The position numbers and the translations under genes were made by a program. A stretch of 64,000 nt of DNA from Podarcis muralis (taxonomy: Eukaryota), in contig NC_135660.1 of NCBI RefSeq assembly GCF_964188315.1, positions 39,432,001-39,496,000 of the forward strand, written 5' to 3'. The notes below the pieces were generated by a model, which saw only the letters and a program-made list of their open reading frames with translations, was not told the origin of the DNA and did not search any database. How positions within the stretch are numbered: the first letter of the stretch is position 1; the number at the start of each line of letters is the position of its first letter. Shown here piece after piece: positions 27,901-54,300 of this stretch.

Positions 27901-29624
27901 AAAGAGAAAGTGTTGATTGTTTTTGCTTCTGGAAATTTTGACATTTTGTGTTCTCTGATGCTTCTGCATGTATAGGAGTGTCTGATTACCAAGACTGCAT
28001 TTCTAAACAGACTAGTAAGCCTCTTGCTCTGCCTGAGGGTTTTTCATCAAATCCGTCCACTGTTGAGGCTTCTCTTCCTACTTTCATACTCGAATGACTT
28101 GATTTATTTACAATATATAGTATTTTCCAACAAGAGCTTCTCCTAGAAGGAGAGCAATTAAATTATTCTCAAGCACAGTCATGCAACACTTTCACCTGCG
28201 TTTTGTAGGCCTCAGTGGGCAGGTGATAGCTGCAGCTTCTGCTTTCAGAACTCTCGGAGGTGCTGGGGGACCAGAACTATAAGAAGTCCTCTCCCCAGCC
28301 CTCTTGTTGCTGTTGCTGCCTCACTCGGCTTAAGATGTGCACAGGGGAATAGCCCCACTGCCTTGAAAGTGTTGCCAAGCACCAGGCCTAGGTAACACAA
28401 GGTGTTAATGTCCTTGATCCTTGGCAGCAATAACGTTCTTTAACAACCATTTGGAAATCTACTCTGCTGCAAAATGTGGTGCCTTGCTTCTTGCAGCAGG
28501 AGATATCTTGTACCAAAGTCACAGTATGCTTGTGGCTATCTGTCGTCTTCCAGGTATAGCATGCTCCTGTTACCCAATAAAGTTTTAAAAAACTGAATAC
28601 TACATGGCTTGAGAAAAGCTCGCAATGATCTGCCCAGAGACTTACAATTGGCTGTCTACATCATCTTGATGGTGTAATCTGTGCACCATGGGAGTGGGGT
28701 TTTTTGGGGGGGAAGTAGTGCCTAGGAAAAGATTGTTGGATGCCCAAAACTTTTCAACAATAATTACAATTTTAGCCAGGAACCTTCTGCTGTAAGCATA
28801 TGAATGACTATCTTTTGATCTCTTAGCTAAAACTGCAGCTGATTGTGGCTCCCATGGAGAATTCCAAATACTCATTTGGAGCCTTTCCTCATATAGAAAC
28901 ATCAAGGGTGTGCATAAATACTGAGTCAAACCATTGGTTCTAGGATTTCAGATGGGAGTCTTAACTAGCCTTACCTGGAAATAACTGGGGATTAAACCTG
29001 GGAGCTTCCTTGCACAAAGCACAGTCTCCACTGCAAAAACTGGAGATGTGGCTGAATGCCTCACTCTATGGACACTGCTCTGTTCCTTGTCTTCAGGGGC
29101 ATGTGATAGCATTGGCACCACTTTCTCCACAGGTGGACTATGGAGCCAAACAGCCATGCTGTGGTTTATCCTATCTCACTCACCTTAGCCCCCGTGATTT
29201 CCCCTTGGGAAATGCTGATTGGGGTGGGACCAGGGCACTGATTGCAGCTGTCTGAAGGCACCCTACATTGTATGTTTCCTCTGGAGCTCCAGCCATCCAA
29301 CAGGTACAGAGGCGGAAATCTGGCATGTCTCTGCTGCTGCCCATTGGCTTCAGACTTTAGAGGAATAGTAGAGGCACTCCCTTTTATCCCTGACTTCATG
29401 CTGCATTTCACAGATGCTGTACGAGATCTGGGGCAAGGCAAGACCACCTCTTGGGGCAGGAGCATGTTCTGGTGATTCGAAGAAAGAGAAAAGTGGGTGG
29501 CAGGAAGAGATGGCTCCACCCAACATAGGCTCAGATCCCAAATGACTTTTGTGAGTTGAATCATGGACCTCCATAGAAATAAGCTTTCCCGCCTCCTATG
29601 TATGATTTTCAATATAGTAAAGAG

Positions 29625-29882
29625 CAGGGGTCAGCAAACTGTTTCAGCAGGGGGCTGGTCCACTGTCCCTCAGACCTTGTGGGGGGCCAGACTATATTTT
29701 GGGGGGGGAGGGAGAAAAAAGAACAAATTCCTATGCCCCACAAATAACCCAGAAATGCATTTTAAATAAAAGCACACTTTCTACTCATGTAAAAACACGC
29801 TGATTCCAGGACCATCCGTGGGCTGGATTTAGAAGGCGATTGGACCAGATCCGGCCCCCGGGCTTTAGTTTGCCTACCCATG
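29625..29882. mobile_element. hAT-type MITE, same family as 689-938 in the opposite orientation
   Basis: 8-bp TSD gtaaagag at 29617-29624 and 29883-29890. Confidence 0.88.
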
Positions 29883-31247
29883 GTAAAGAGAGTAGGGGCA
29901 GAACTAGAATTACTTTGTTCTGGCTCCATCTCCACTTGGTCTCTCAGCTTTTTGCACTACCAGTTCCATGGGCCATGGAGAGGAAAAGGTGGTTAAACGA
30001 GTATGAAGTTTTTAAAGGGGGGGGGGTTTAAATTCCCCCCTCCAAAGTAACCACAGAGTAATTGGAGTTGTGTACCCCTATTTTAGGTGACTATAAATAA
30101 GCCTTCTAAGCAGTTAAGAGATAATAGCTAGGTATCAAAGTTTATAAACCCTGCCACTGACAGCAATGTTTCAAGGTGCTTTGAAGCCAGTGGTATGCTT
30201 GGGAGTTTGCATGAGTTTTCATCTCTGAACTTGTTCTCCCAGATTTAGCATGTAAAAAGTAAACAAACCCACCCACTGCTTGTAATTAACTGCTGCCAGC
30301 CATCCTGAATTACATTGGAGAACAATTAAGAGAAGTGTTTGGTTTCTAAAATAATTCTGGGAAGTCCATTGAAGTTTGGAAGGGTGGGGCAACCCACAGA
30401 TCTTACTAGGAGTATCATAACGAGCAATCCTTAGCCACTTGCAGAAACGATTTGGAGAAGCAACTCTTATTTGTGGACCTACGGATTTCTTCCCTATCAA
30501 TCTGAAATAAAGGATCCCTTGATTTGACTTGGAAAATATTATGGGCTGCCAACCAGTCAACAATGTACTTGTTTGCTTAGTAGAGCCATGTTCCACCAGA
30601 AAACTGATATCAGGCTCTAAATGGACCATATAATCTGGGTTTTCCCAAATTTCTGCAAATCAAGATCCACCCACAATAATGCCAATAATGATCCAGTGGA
30701 TTTCATGCTGGCTGCACCCGTGACATTGACCTGCTAGATTATATTAGGGCTGCATCCCTGATCACCCCAGATTCTCCCTTGCTCTAGGCCCACCCAAGGG
30801 GTTCTTGAATTTGGAATTTGGAAATTGACAAATGTAACTATATCTTGTGACATAACATGAATCTAGGGTTTATTTCTCAGGGTGGGCTGTGTAATGGCTT
30901 GTCGTCACCTCTGAATACATTGTACTGTACTGTGGGTTTTTTAAAAGCTCTAACATAGCCCCAACACCGAGCCTATAGAGCCCAATCCATGTCTTGTTTT
31001 GAAAAGTACCTCCCATAATCCTTCCATTTTCCAGTCCTGTAAGTGTGTGCAGATGGTGTAGGGTGGAGTGAAAATTTCTCAAGCATTTCAGAAAACGAAG
31101 CAAGCCAAATAGACTTAATTGGAGATAGCTTCAGCTTCCCAGATCTATCAGAGGGTCATCACTGGGATTCTATTGGTTCACCAACAGGGTTCTTTGGTGG
31201 CGGTTGTTTTTCGTTACACCCCCACTCCATTCTCCACAGACTGAGCA

Positions 31248-31322
31248 TATAAAAAGCACAGGGAATGACATAAAACAGGTTCATGTGAAATACAGATACC
31301 AGATAACATCTCCTTTTGACAG
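31248..31322 (+). promoter_or_regulatory. Putative AIRE TATA box and short non-coding first exon
   Basis: TATAAAAAG at 31248-31256, donor CAG/gtgagg at 31322/31323, and an acceptor (ctgtctcag) ending at 31736 just before the ATG at 31738. Confidence 0.5.
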
Positions 31323-31737
31323 GTGAGGCCAATAAGACCACCTTCCTCCTTTGTTTAGCAAAGACAGAGCAAGCAAAACAAATCTAATCTGGATGTTCAG
31401 CAGTCATTGAAGAAGTGAAAGACAATGAGTAATAGAAAAGGAGTGATATAAATATGAGTTTCTTTTTACAAGCTATCCTTGTAAATCTGAATTTCCACAG
31501 GCAGGTGGTCTTGAGAGTGAGGTTTCTAAAATAAGACAGAATCTGACTGCTTACCCTACCCTGTACGGTCACTTCTACCCAAGATGCATGTTCCTTCACA
31601 GCATCTGCCATGACCCAAGCAAGTGTACATCAAAATTAAGGTATCTTTTAGTAAGGGTTAGCAGCTGCACCGTGACCAGAAATGGGCATGGAAGATGCAT
31701 GCTTCTAACAATCCTGTAAATGTTACCCTGTCTCAGG

Positions 31738-45511
<13,774 letters not shown>

Positions 45512-46576
45512 AACTCTGGATTTGGCACCGTTTTGCTATTGTGTCAAACATGTTCCTATTGTCTCTTGCTGAAACACTGGCACCCAAAACTACTTGCTTT
45601 CATGTAGTCTATATCACCGCAATGATAGTTCTGTTAAATTGATACTTCTCTGCTCATCTCCAATTGAGAGAATTGATATTTTCAGTCTGTACCTGAGTAG
45701 ATTATTGTAATCACCCTTCAAATAATTGAGTGATGGGGTAGTAATTGAATTGTAGGATAGTCTTTTTTCCACAGATTTTTTTGGTGAGGGTTTCAAAAGC
45801 AAAGTCCCTCTGAACATTCTTCCTGGACAAGTTCCATGCTTCCTTTGTCAATGAGATTACTTTATGCCATTCCTATAGTGTGCTACAGCCTAGATTTAAC
45901 CAGAAGCTTTTCCCTGGACACTTTTGAGGTTCTACAGGAGCCATTGCTATGGTTCTAGTTCTCAGGCAGCATGAAGAGGAAGCTATGTAAAAACCATGTA
46001 ACAAGCAGACAAAGCACAGCAGAATTTCCCAGATGCTCTGAAATGTGGGGAATCCAAGCTGCCTAAGGGGACATTATAGAACCAAAAGTATTCAAGAGGG
46101 CAGGGAGTCAAACTGCCATCAGCACCAGCCAGCATGGCCAATTGTAAGGGATGATGGGGATTGCTGTCCTACAATATCCAGAAACCCACAGGTTACCAGC
46201 CATGTCTGGTATATAAGAGATCTCCTTCAGGCTTAAAAGTTTATAACAACTGATGAGTTTACTAATATGAGTTAATATGTGTTGCTTATGATTATGTGAT
46301 ATTGTAGGTGTTTGTGGACTGCTCTTGAGGGAGTCTGCTTGTCCCTTATAGCTTGTCTCTCTCAGCTACTAATGGCAGAGCACCTTGCAGCAATTCATGT
46401 CATATGCTGAGTTAAAACATTAAAGGTGTCGTGGCTGCTCCTAAATGATAAAATTGTTCTCCTGGAAGGCTTTCCCAAAGTCAACTTGAAACAGTAAGAA
46501 CCATTTGGGCTGCATTTGGAGGGTAAGGCGAAACTAGCAAATATTTTATTGCTTTCTAGTGCATGAATATCATGGA

Positions 46577-46960
46577 AGAAGATTGGAAGAAATTTAAAGA
46601 TTATTTACAGAAATATTGTAAAATTAATGAATGTTAGAATGATGTTGGATAAAAAGTTAAGTGGTTGCTAGCTATAACGCTATAAGGAATATGAAAAAAA
46701 TGGATCATTAACAGGTTAAAATTTAAGGTTATAATATTGTAAGATTGAAGACTAGGATAAACAAAGAGGGAAAGGATTTGCTGAACTAATAATTTGGAAT
46801 GGAATACAAAAAAGGGAGGTGCGAGGAGGTTCGGGAAATAAGCATATGAAAAATAAGTGATGGAAAGATGGAATTGTTTTTTAACTATTTTTACTTTGTA
46901 TTTCTCTTTTTTCTTTTTTCATTCTGTAAAATCTTAATAAATATCTTTTTTTAAAAAATA
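46577..46960 (+). mobile_element. 5'-truncated L1-clade 3' end
   Basis: 11-bp TSD aatatcatgga at 46566-46576 and 46961-46971; EEDWKKFKDYLQKYC ORF2 end; AATAAA and an A-rich tail. Confidence 0.82.
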
Positions 46961-47410
46961 AATATCATGGACATTTTATTTTAATATTGTTGTTTTTAAC
47001 TTTCGTTAGTTACCTGGGGAATCCCCTTTGGGAGACGATGGGTTGCAATTTAAACAAATGAATCATTGCTTCTTAATTAGCAAAATATGTAAAATGCATA
47101 GTTTTTGCCATATTTTACCAGTGAAATAGGAAATCCAACCTCTTTTAGAATTGGTTTACTAATCTGGACCAATAAATCAGTGAATGGTAAAACACTGCAT
47201 GGAACATCTCTTCAGTTTATGGGAATACAGTTTGATAATAGCTAAGATAGAACTAGAGATGAGGAGGAAGGAAGCAAAATCACATCTTATGAAGATTGAA
47301 AGGAGCTCCAAGTAATGAATTGGCAACAAAATGACAAGTGAGACTTAATATTTCACAATTTCCCGTTCCTTTTCTACAGGGGAGGGGTGGGTGGGAACCA
47401 TCCCTTACGG

Positions 47411-50400
47411 CTAGGACCTTTCCACACCCAGTGTTGTCAGGATCTTCAGCACTAATGTTTCCAGTTGCATCTGGTGCTCAATGATGCTGTTCATTTGCTT
47501 CTGCAATGTCAAAACATCCAGGGCTACATCAAGCCGACTGCACCGGTCGAGGGCTTTCTTTAGGTCTGCATGTTGATGCCGCAAGCCAATTAGGTGGCCA
47601 TTGATATCTTGGAGCTTCACCTGCAAGGCTTTGCGATTTCCAATGGTGTTTTGGAATAGTCGTTTCATTTCATGCACAGAACGCAGGATGGCACATCCTA
47701 GGCTGGATGCTGTGGGAAAAAGAAACAAAGACCAGACCATGGGGAGGATTGAGACAATAATGACATGTTTATGTTTTGACGTGAGGACCTAGCAGAGTCA
47801 ATGCCCATCTGACATTCATCCCAGTGGGTGGAGGGAATCCTAGCTGTCTAGCCCTATAGCCACTCCCATTCCACCTCCTGTGCCAGTGAGAAAATCTGCC
47901 ATCCCACCCCAGACAGCTCCCTCTGCCGGCCACCTCCCCCAAATCCCCATGGCCACCAAAAATCAAGGCAGAGAGGATGCAGCAACTGTAGCCCCGTGGT
48001 GTAGGGCCTGGGGCTATCAAACTCACACATGGTGTGGGGCTTCATACTCCGGCGCCAATGGCATCTTCGATATGGTGTCCTCAGCACAGGTGGTGGGTTC
48101 GCCTGTGGTGAATCCGGTGGGTTCGCCTGTAGTGAATCCGGTGGGCTCGCATGTGGTGAATCCGGTGGGCTCGCCTGTGGTGAATCCGGTGGGCTCGCCT
48201 GTGGTGAATCCAGTGGGCTTGTGTGTGGTGAATCCAGAGGGTTGCACCATGCCCTGGTGAGTTCAGATGGTGAGAGACGCGTCAGCTCCACTCGAAGGTG
48301 CTTATGTGGGGTCCTGCCTGGTGACTGAGGTGCCACTGGAATAGTTTCTTCTGATGGCCCGGGCATGACCTCTTCTGATGGCCCTGGCGTGGCCTCTTCT
48401 GATGGCCCTGGCTTGGCCTCTTCTGATGGCCCTGGCGTGGCCTCTTCTGATGGCCCTGGCGTGGCCTCTTCTGGGCCATCATGACAGACCACAGCTAGGG
48501 TGGGAGATGATGAAGCTCAGTAACTGACTGTCTCTATTCTTCACAGTAGCCATGTCATTCCCCAAAGAATCAAAGCTTCAATGAAGTTCGCATATGTGGG
48601 CGTCCAGGGAATACATGTCCTGAATTATGGTAGCATTCTAATGGGAACAGGGAATGACTTTGCCTATATCTGTGAGAGGCACATCAAAGATTCACCCAGC
48701 AAAGGGCATACATCACAATACCACAATACAAAATTGGGCATTCCAGGCAACCTTTGGTGCAACCACTTTATAAAGCCAGCCTTGGACCCAAAGGCATGAA
48801 TTTGATCCTGGGCTTCCCACATATAACCCAACACTCTCACTGCTTTGTAATACATACCTCACAGAAAGTTTTCACTGACCTGATGACTGGAACTGAGCTG
48901 ATTCGCAAAATGATATCGATGGATTCTTTACCTGCCAAATAAAAATAGGCACAGATGATTCAACAGGCATAGTCAAACTGCATGTCATTCAGCAAAACAC
49001 AGCACCTGCAGTCTAGAAAGACAAGTCTTGCATTTTTTATATTAGAATCCTAGAGTTTTAGAGTTGGATGGGTCCCCGAGGATCATCCAATCACAGAATC
49101 TATTAGTAAGAAAAATCTCAGCCAGGTGTGTTTGTCACCACCTGTGCCAACTACCTTTTCTCAGTTTAGCTTTTGCCTATCCCCATTTTGTTTCAACTCT
49201 TTCCTAGTTCACCAAGCTCTTGTTTGGGGCAAATGCAGTAAAAGGCCATCTCATCTGCTGTCAAGAATCTCAGCTTGCCTTACTGTTTTCTGGCCCATAA
49301 ATCATTCTTTGGTTATCAGTCATGGTCCCTGGATCCTGCTCTTCATCTGACCCATTCTCTGGTGGCCTCACCAGACATCCTTTTATAATGATATTTATTA
49401 AATTTTCCATTTTAACAATCCAATAAAACCACATCAAAAACATTCCAAATCATACAATAATCAAACAGTCCGAATATTATACCAAATTATAAATCTTTGG
49501 TTGGCTTCCCATGTTCTGAGGTCGGGGAGTACAGATCATCTCACATTTGTGCTGCTTTTCATAGTTCTTCCAGGTAGTTCCCATAAGGCAACCCGATGTT
49601 AATCCTTCATTTGTTTTTAACAGCCTTGAGTTCATCTGGCAAGCAAGTTAAATCAATACAGTATATTTCTGTGTGGGTGTTTATATTCCTTTTCTCTCTC
49701 TTTATATTCTTTGTACTCTGAATCTGATCGTGGCATTTCACTTTCACTTCCTCACGCCTGTGATTATCCACTGCGACACATCCCAAAATGGAGGAAATTT
49801 GGCTGCCAGTTGTACCAGGCATATGTCCAAACTTCTCCATTTTATCTCATTCCAAAGCAATTAAGTCTGTACTTTAGCTAGAAACCTTGATTTCCACAAT
49901 TGAAAATTCATTAATCTTTTCCAAACTGTTAATAATTAGACCAAAATTATTTCAATGAATACAATACTCTCCAGTCCCGCTTGCGTAGATAAACAATCCA
50001 GTAGTCAGTCCTTCCAGGGAGATTTGCCAAGTAAAATAGCAAATACGAAGTATATCAAAAAGAAACAAAGAAGGCTCACCCCTTCCGTTCCGACATACCA
50101 GTCCCGTACTGATGATAATCCTTCTTCCACTCAAATCTTTTGGCACCTCAGTGGCTGAATCAATTAGCAGAGTAGTTTATCTCCCCTCACTCAAAGCATG
50201 CCCATTAATTAAGTCCGAATTTTCATCTTAAAAAACAGAATTTTGTTGCTCATGGCGGTGACTTTGGAAAGTTGCCAAAGAGACGCATGGTGTTTTCCAC
50301 CTAGCGCTCCCTCCCCCTCATTCCTCCCGGACTGGGAGCAGGTGTTGGGTGATCTGCGGGTGAAGCTCCTCCCCCCCCAGGCCTGGGGCGATTGGGAGGA

Positions 50401-50963
50401 TGATTACTCCCATCTCATCCTCAAAATATTCCATGCAAAATGGCTCCGATGTAATGGGTAGTCGCCATCATGGCAAGCCAAACGGGAAGCCCTCACCAGA
50501 CATCCTTTTAACTGTGCCTTCAGGAGTGCTTGTGCTCATGATGTTATTAGGGCAGCTCTACACAACCCTGGACGCGGGTGGCGCTGTGGGTAAAACCTCA
50601 GTGCCTAGGACTTGCTGATCGTATGGTCGGTGGTTCGAATCCCCGTGGCGGGGTGAGCTCCCGTCTTTCGGTCCCAGCTCCTGCTCCCAGCTCGAAAGCA
50701 CCCCCAAGTGCAAGTAGATAAATAGGTACCGCTTTATAGCAGGAAGGTAAACGGCGTTTCCGTGTGCTGCGCTGGTGCTCGCTTGCCAGAGCAGCTTCGT
50801 CACGCTGGCCATGTGACCTGGAAGTTTCTTCGGACAGCGCTGGCTCCTGGCCTCTTAAACGAGATGAGCGCGTAACCCTAGAGTTGGACACGACTGGCCC
50901 GTACGGGCAGGGGTACCTTTACCTTTTACCTTTACACAACCCTACTTCCGATACTGTTTGTAC
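47411..50963 (-). CDS. Probable C-terminal exons of the SP-like gene: 50963-50930 (uncertain), 48494-48027 (octapeptide repeats), 47709-47411 (coiled-coil-like, stop)
   Basis: The 468-nt exon (phase 1-1, ccaccctag acceptor, gtgagt donor) joins in frame to the 299-nt terminal exon (tttttcccacag acceptor). The link to the SAND exons needs a phase 0-to-1 exon; the 34-nt exon at 50963-50930 fits. Confidence 0.55.
48088..48240 (-). repeat. Coding 24-bp minisatellite, about 6 copies (PPDSPQAS/N)
   Basis: Repeated ggtgaatccggtgggctcgcctgt units on plus. Confidence 0.9.
48340..48480 (-). repeat. Coding 24-bp minisatellite, about 5 copies (PGPSEEAT)
   Basis: Repeated gccctggcgtggcctcttctgatg units on plus. 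Confidence 0.9.
49385..50490 (-). mobile_element. Degenerate L1-clade insertion
   Basis: 19-bp TSD cctcaccagacatcctttt at 49366-49384 and 50491-50509, the right copy followed by AA (TTTT/AA endonuclease site). The internal sequence is decayed. Confidence 0.72.
50570..50932 (+). mobile_element. Sauria-type SINE
   Basis: Full-length copy with the 11-bp TSD tacacaaccct at 50559-50569 and 50933-50943. Confidence 0.92.
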
Positions 50964-51390
50964 CTGCAAAAGTTTCAGTGTTGACATACTTGCTTTGCTT
51001 CCAATTGGTGACGACTACTATTGCCTGGCCATCATGCCTGCCCCACAGTTAGGCCACAGTTATTGCAGCACGTCTCTTAATTATATGTAGAAGTCCCTAG
51101 ATCTTCCAGAGACAACACTTCTTCCCCAGTTCCATTCACAACAGGCCTACTAGCATTGACAGGGAGGTGGTGGTGGGCTCAACCATTTCATCTTTCTAGG
51201 GCTCACAGGCAGCACCCACAGTCTGAGGGTTTTTTTTCATGCTGATAGTGCAGTTCCTTTTTTATATATATTTTAAAATGTCAGCTGCTTTGAGCACAGG
51301 TGTATTTGTGGAAAATATAATATACGAATAAATTGACAATATCTATGGCTGTCACACACCAATATGGTAAAACTGTTGATAAACTGTTAC

Positions 51391-54300
51391 CTTTTTCCTC
51401 CTGCCGTATATTCGTTTTGGATTAGGAAGATATCCACTCTGAAATAAGCATGACATAATTAGTTACTCTGATGCATTAGCGGGATCCCAAAATAGTATTT
51501 GAAATGAGGGAATCCACACAAAGAAATGGGAACTATTTTTGAAACATCTATTTTTTGACATCAGTATATAAGAAGTTGGCTCTATTTCTTAGCACAGATA
51601 CCGCTCACATCACTCCCATATATATTTATATGTGTTATTGTCATAGGTGCCTGAAAATGTTAATACATCTTTGCTCCAGGAAATACACCTCTTGACTTTA
51701 ACTGGCACACACCTGAGCAACATACAGTGGTACCTCGGGTTAAGAACTTAATTTGTTCTGGAGATCCATTCTTAAACTGTTCTTAACCTGAGGTACCACT
51801 TTAGCTAATGGGGCCTCCTGCCGCTGCCACACGATTTCTGTTCTCATCCTGAAGCAAAGTTCTTAACCCAGGGTACTATTTCTGGGTTAGCGGAGTCTGT
51901 AACCTGAAGCGTCTGTAACCTGAGGTACCACTGTATAAGAATAAAAAGTAGCAGAAAATGCAAGCAAAAGGAATTCCTTTGTTTCCAATTCTTTTAGTCT
52001 AACCAACACCTCCCATTGTTGTAGCAGGTGCAAGGAAGGTACAACAATACTATATGATTACATAAGGACAGGATATTGTATTTGTGATTATAAGAAGGAA
52101 AGGTGTGACTATCTGAAGACTTGAAAGTATCATCTGATACTTCTTTCAGATCACATGTAGAAAATAAGGCATTAAAATTACAGGCATTACAAGTGAACTG
52201 CATACCACTATTAATTTTTCTAAAGGAAGCCCTTTATGGCGGATACTTCTTTTCCAGGATTTCCAGCTTTCACGTTCTCCTTCAGCCTCAAATTCTGGTG
52301 GCGTGAACCACTTTCCATCAGAACTCTTGATGGACTTCTGTGAAATTCCTATGACAAACAGAGAAGTCACATGAATGTTACACACCTATCCCAATCAGCA
52401 AAGTTCACTGAAGGATGTAAGAAATCTGTCAACAATTTATCCAATATATACTTTAGAAAACGGCGTTTCCGTGCACTGCTCTGGTTTGCCAGAAGCAGCT
52501 TAGTCATGCTGGCCACATGACCTAGAAGCTGTACGCCAGCTCCCTCGGCCAATAAAGCAAGATGAGCGCCGCAACCCCAGAGTCATCCGTGACTGGACCT
52601 AATGGTCAGGGGTCCCTTTACCTTTTTACTTTAGAAAAAAACCATATGAACAAAGATTCTGATATAAGCACTACAATAAATTTCTGCATGGGGCTTGGTG
52701 CTTCTGACTAAAACTATTCAGTGTTTGATTTTGTTGTAAATAGGCATGCAATAAGAATCACTGATCAGGGAACACAAGTCTGTCTTGATACTTCAGCAGC
52801 TCCTCTGCTGAACTATTCCATTATTTGCTTACATGCTGGTTATATAAAATTGTTTGATTGCTTATTTTTAAGATGAATCATGCATAACCTCATTTTATCT
52901 GGCTTTGATTAAATCTAAGATACCTTGAGTAATTTTTTAGTCTACATTATTTTAGTCTACATTATTTTAGTCTACATTATTTGGCTATGTTGCTGAGCAG
53001 TGTCTGAGGAAAGGTGCCTTCTATTTGTTGTATTACTCAGCTACGAGTGATTGCCAAAGAAGAAGCAGCAGCAGCAGCTACCACAACTGTCTCATGGCTA
53101 GCAATTGTAAAATTGCAGGTTGAAGAGGCAATCCATCTGAAAACTCTACAATCACATTTCTGCACACTTTTGGTTCTGACAATAGAGAAGTACTGGTATT
53201 TCTTTTCACTTCACAGTATACGGGAAGCGAAAACTATAAAAAATTTAGTCAAATTCATAAATTACATGCTGAAATACTTAAAGCTGACGAAATCACTTGT
53301 GCTTTTAAGAGGGATTCAAATGACTGAAAATCTCATTATGATACTGAAGTAATTGCTGTAAGCTACCCTGGCTCCATAAGCAGAATGGGATATGTATAAT
53401 ATAAAATAAACTGTTTTCTGGGGAAAATTTGGGGGCTTCTATATACACTTACCTAGGAACCTTCCAACTGGACTACAATAATGCACTCTATGTGAGACTT
53501 CCCTTGGGATTGGCAAGAAGCTGAAGCTGGTGAAGAATACTGTGGCCAGATTTTGAGTGAACACCGATGTCATGTAAAGATATAGCTTTTTGCCCAAGCT
53601 TTCCCTGACCCATAAGACCAGACCCTGCTTTGTGTGTTTGAATACACTGAATTTATGCTCTTAAATGAACAAATAAATGAAAAGGCACTTATTTCTGTTT
53701 TGAGAAGATATGTAGAAGAAATAGTTCTTCCCCAAATGCAAATGGTAGTCATATACTAACTACATGATGGCACCCTTCCCATCCCAATTTTTAAATCTGC
53801 CGTTAATATTATATGCCTTGTACAGATTTAATACACACAGATATACTCTTCAAAACCAATAGTTTACCTGCTGCCAATTTCTCCTTATATAAAACACCTT
53901 TAACTTGTCCACAGTGCACAAGAAGGGTGGAGCCCTGCAAATCCTCCTCTTGAATTTGAATCTGCCTTCGTTTTACTAGATGAGATCAAGAAATCCAAGT
54001 CAAATAGTTAAAATTCCTATATTTTGGGCTTCTAGAAAATAAATCTGATACCAAACTCCAGACCACCAACATGCAGCACAGAATATTTCATATCATCTGA
54101 AAGTAATTCAGATCACTTCTAGTAAGAGTAAATTTTAATCTGAGAGATAAGTGAAAAGATTGTGAATTATATTCATCTAGTCAACAGAATTTATATACTG
54201 CTTGGTTGTAATAAAACCTCTAAGCAGTTTACAATCTGCCAGTCCACTCCAGTGAAGTTCTAGAACAGAGTGATGGAATGAAGTACCGTATTTTTTGCAC

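Noticed and set aside
27795-27935. PKDHVEFLDRLVMF as a remnant of the hATm PRDDY.E.L.L motif
   Set aside because: The match is short, far from the ORF, and has no neighbouring transposase motifs; chance is likely.
48088-48480. CRISPR-like array
   Set aside because: The units are contiguous with no unique spacers, in a eukaryotic coding context; this is a minisatellite.
47880-48482. Several overlapping repeat-rich ORFs in other frames and on plus
   Set aside because: They are shadows of the stop-poor 24-bp repeats; only one minus frame fits the splice phases.
52936-52980. 15-bp triple tandem repeat (similar short duplications near 44447 and 58140)
   Set aside because: Simple slippage duplications in introns or repeats with no sign of function.
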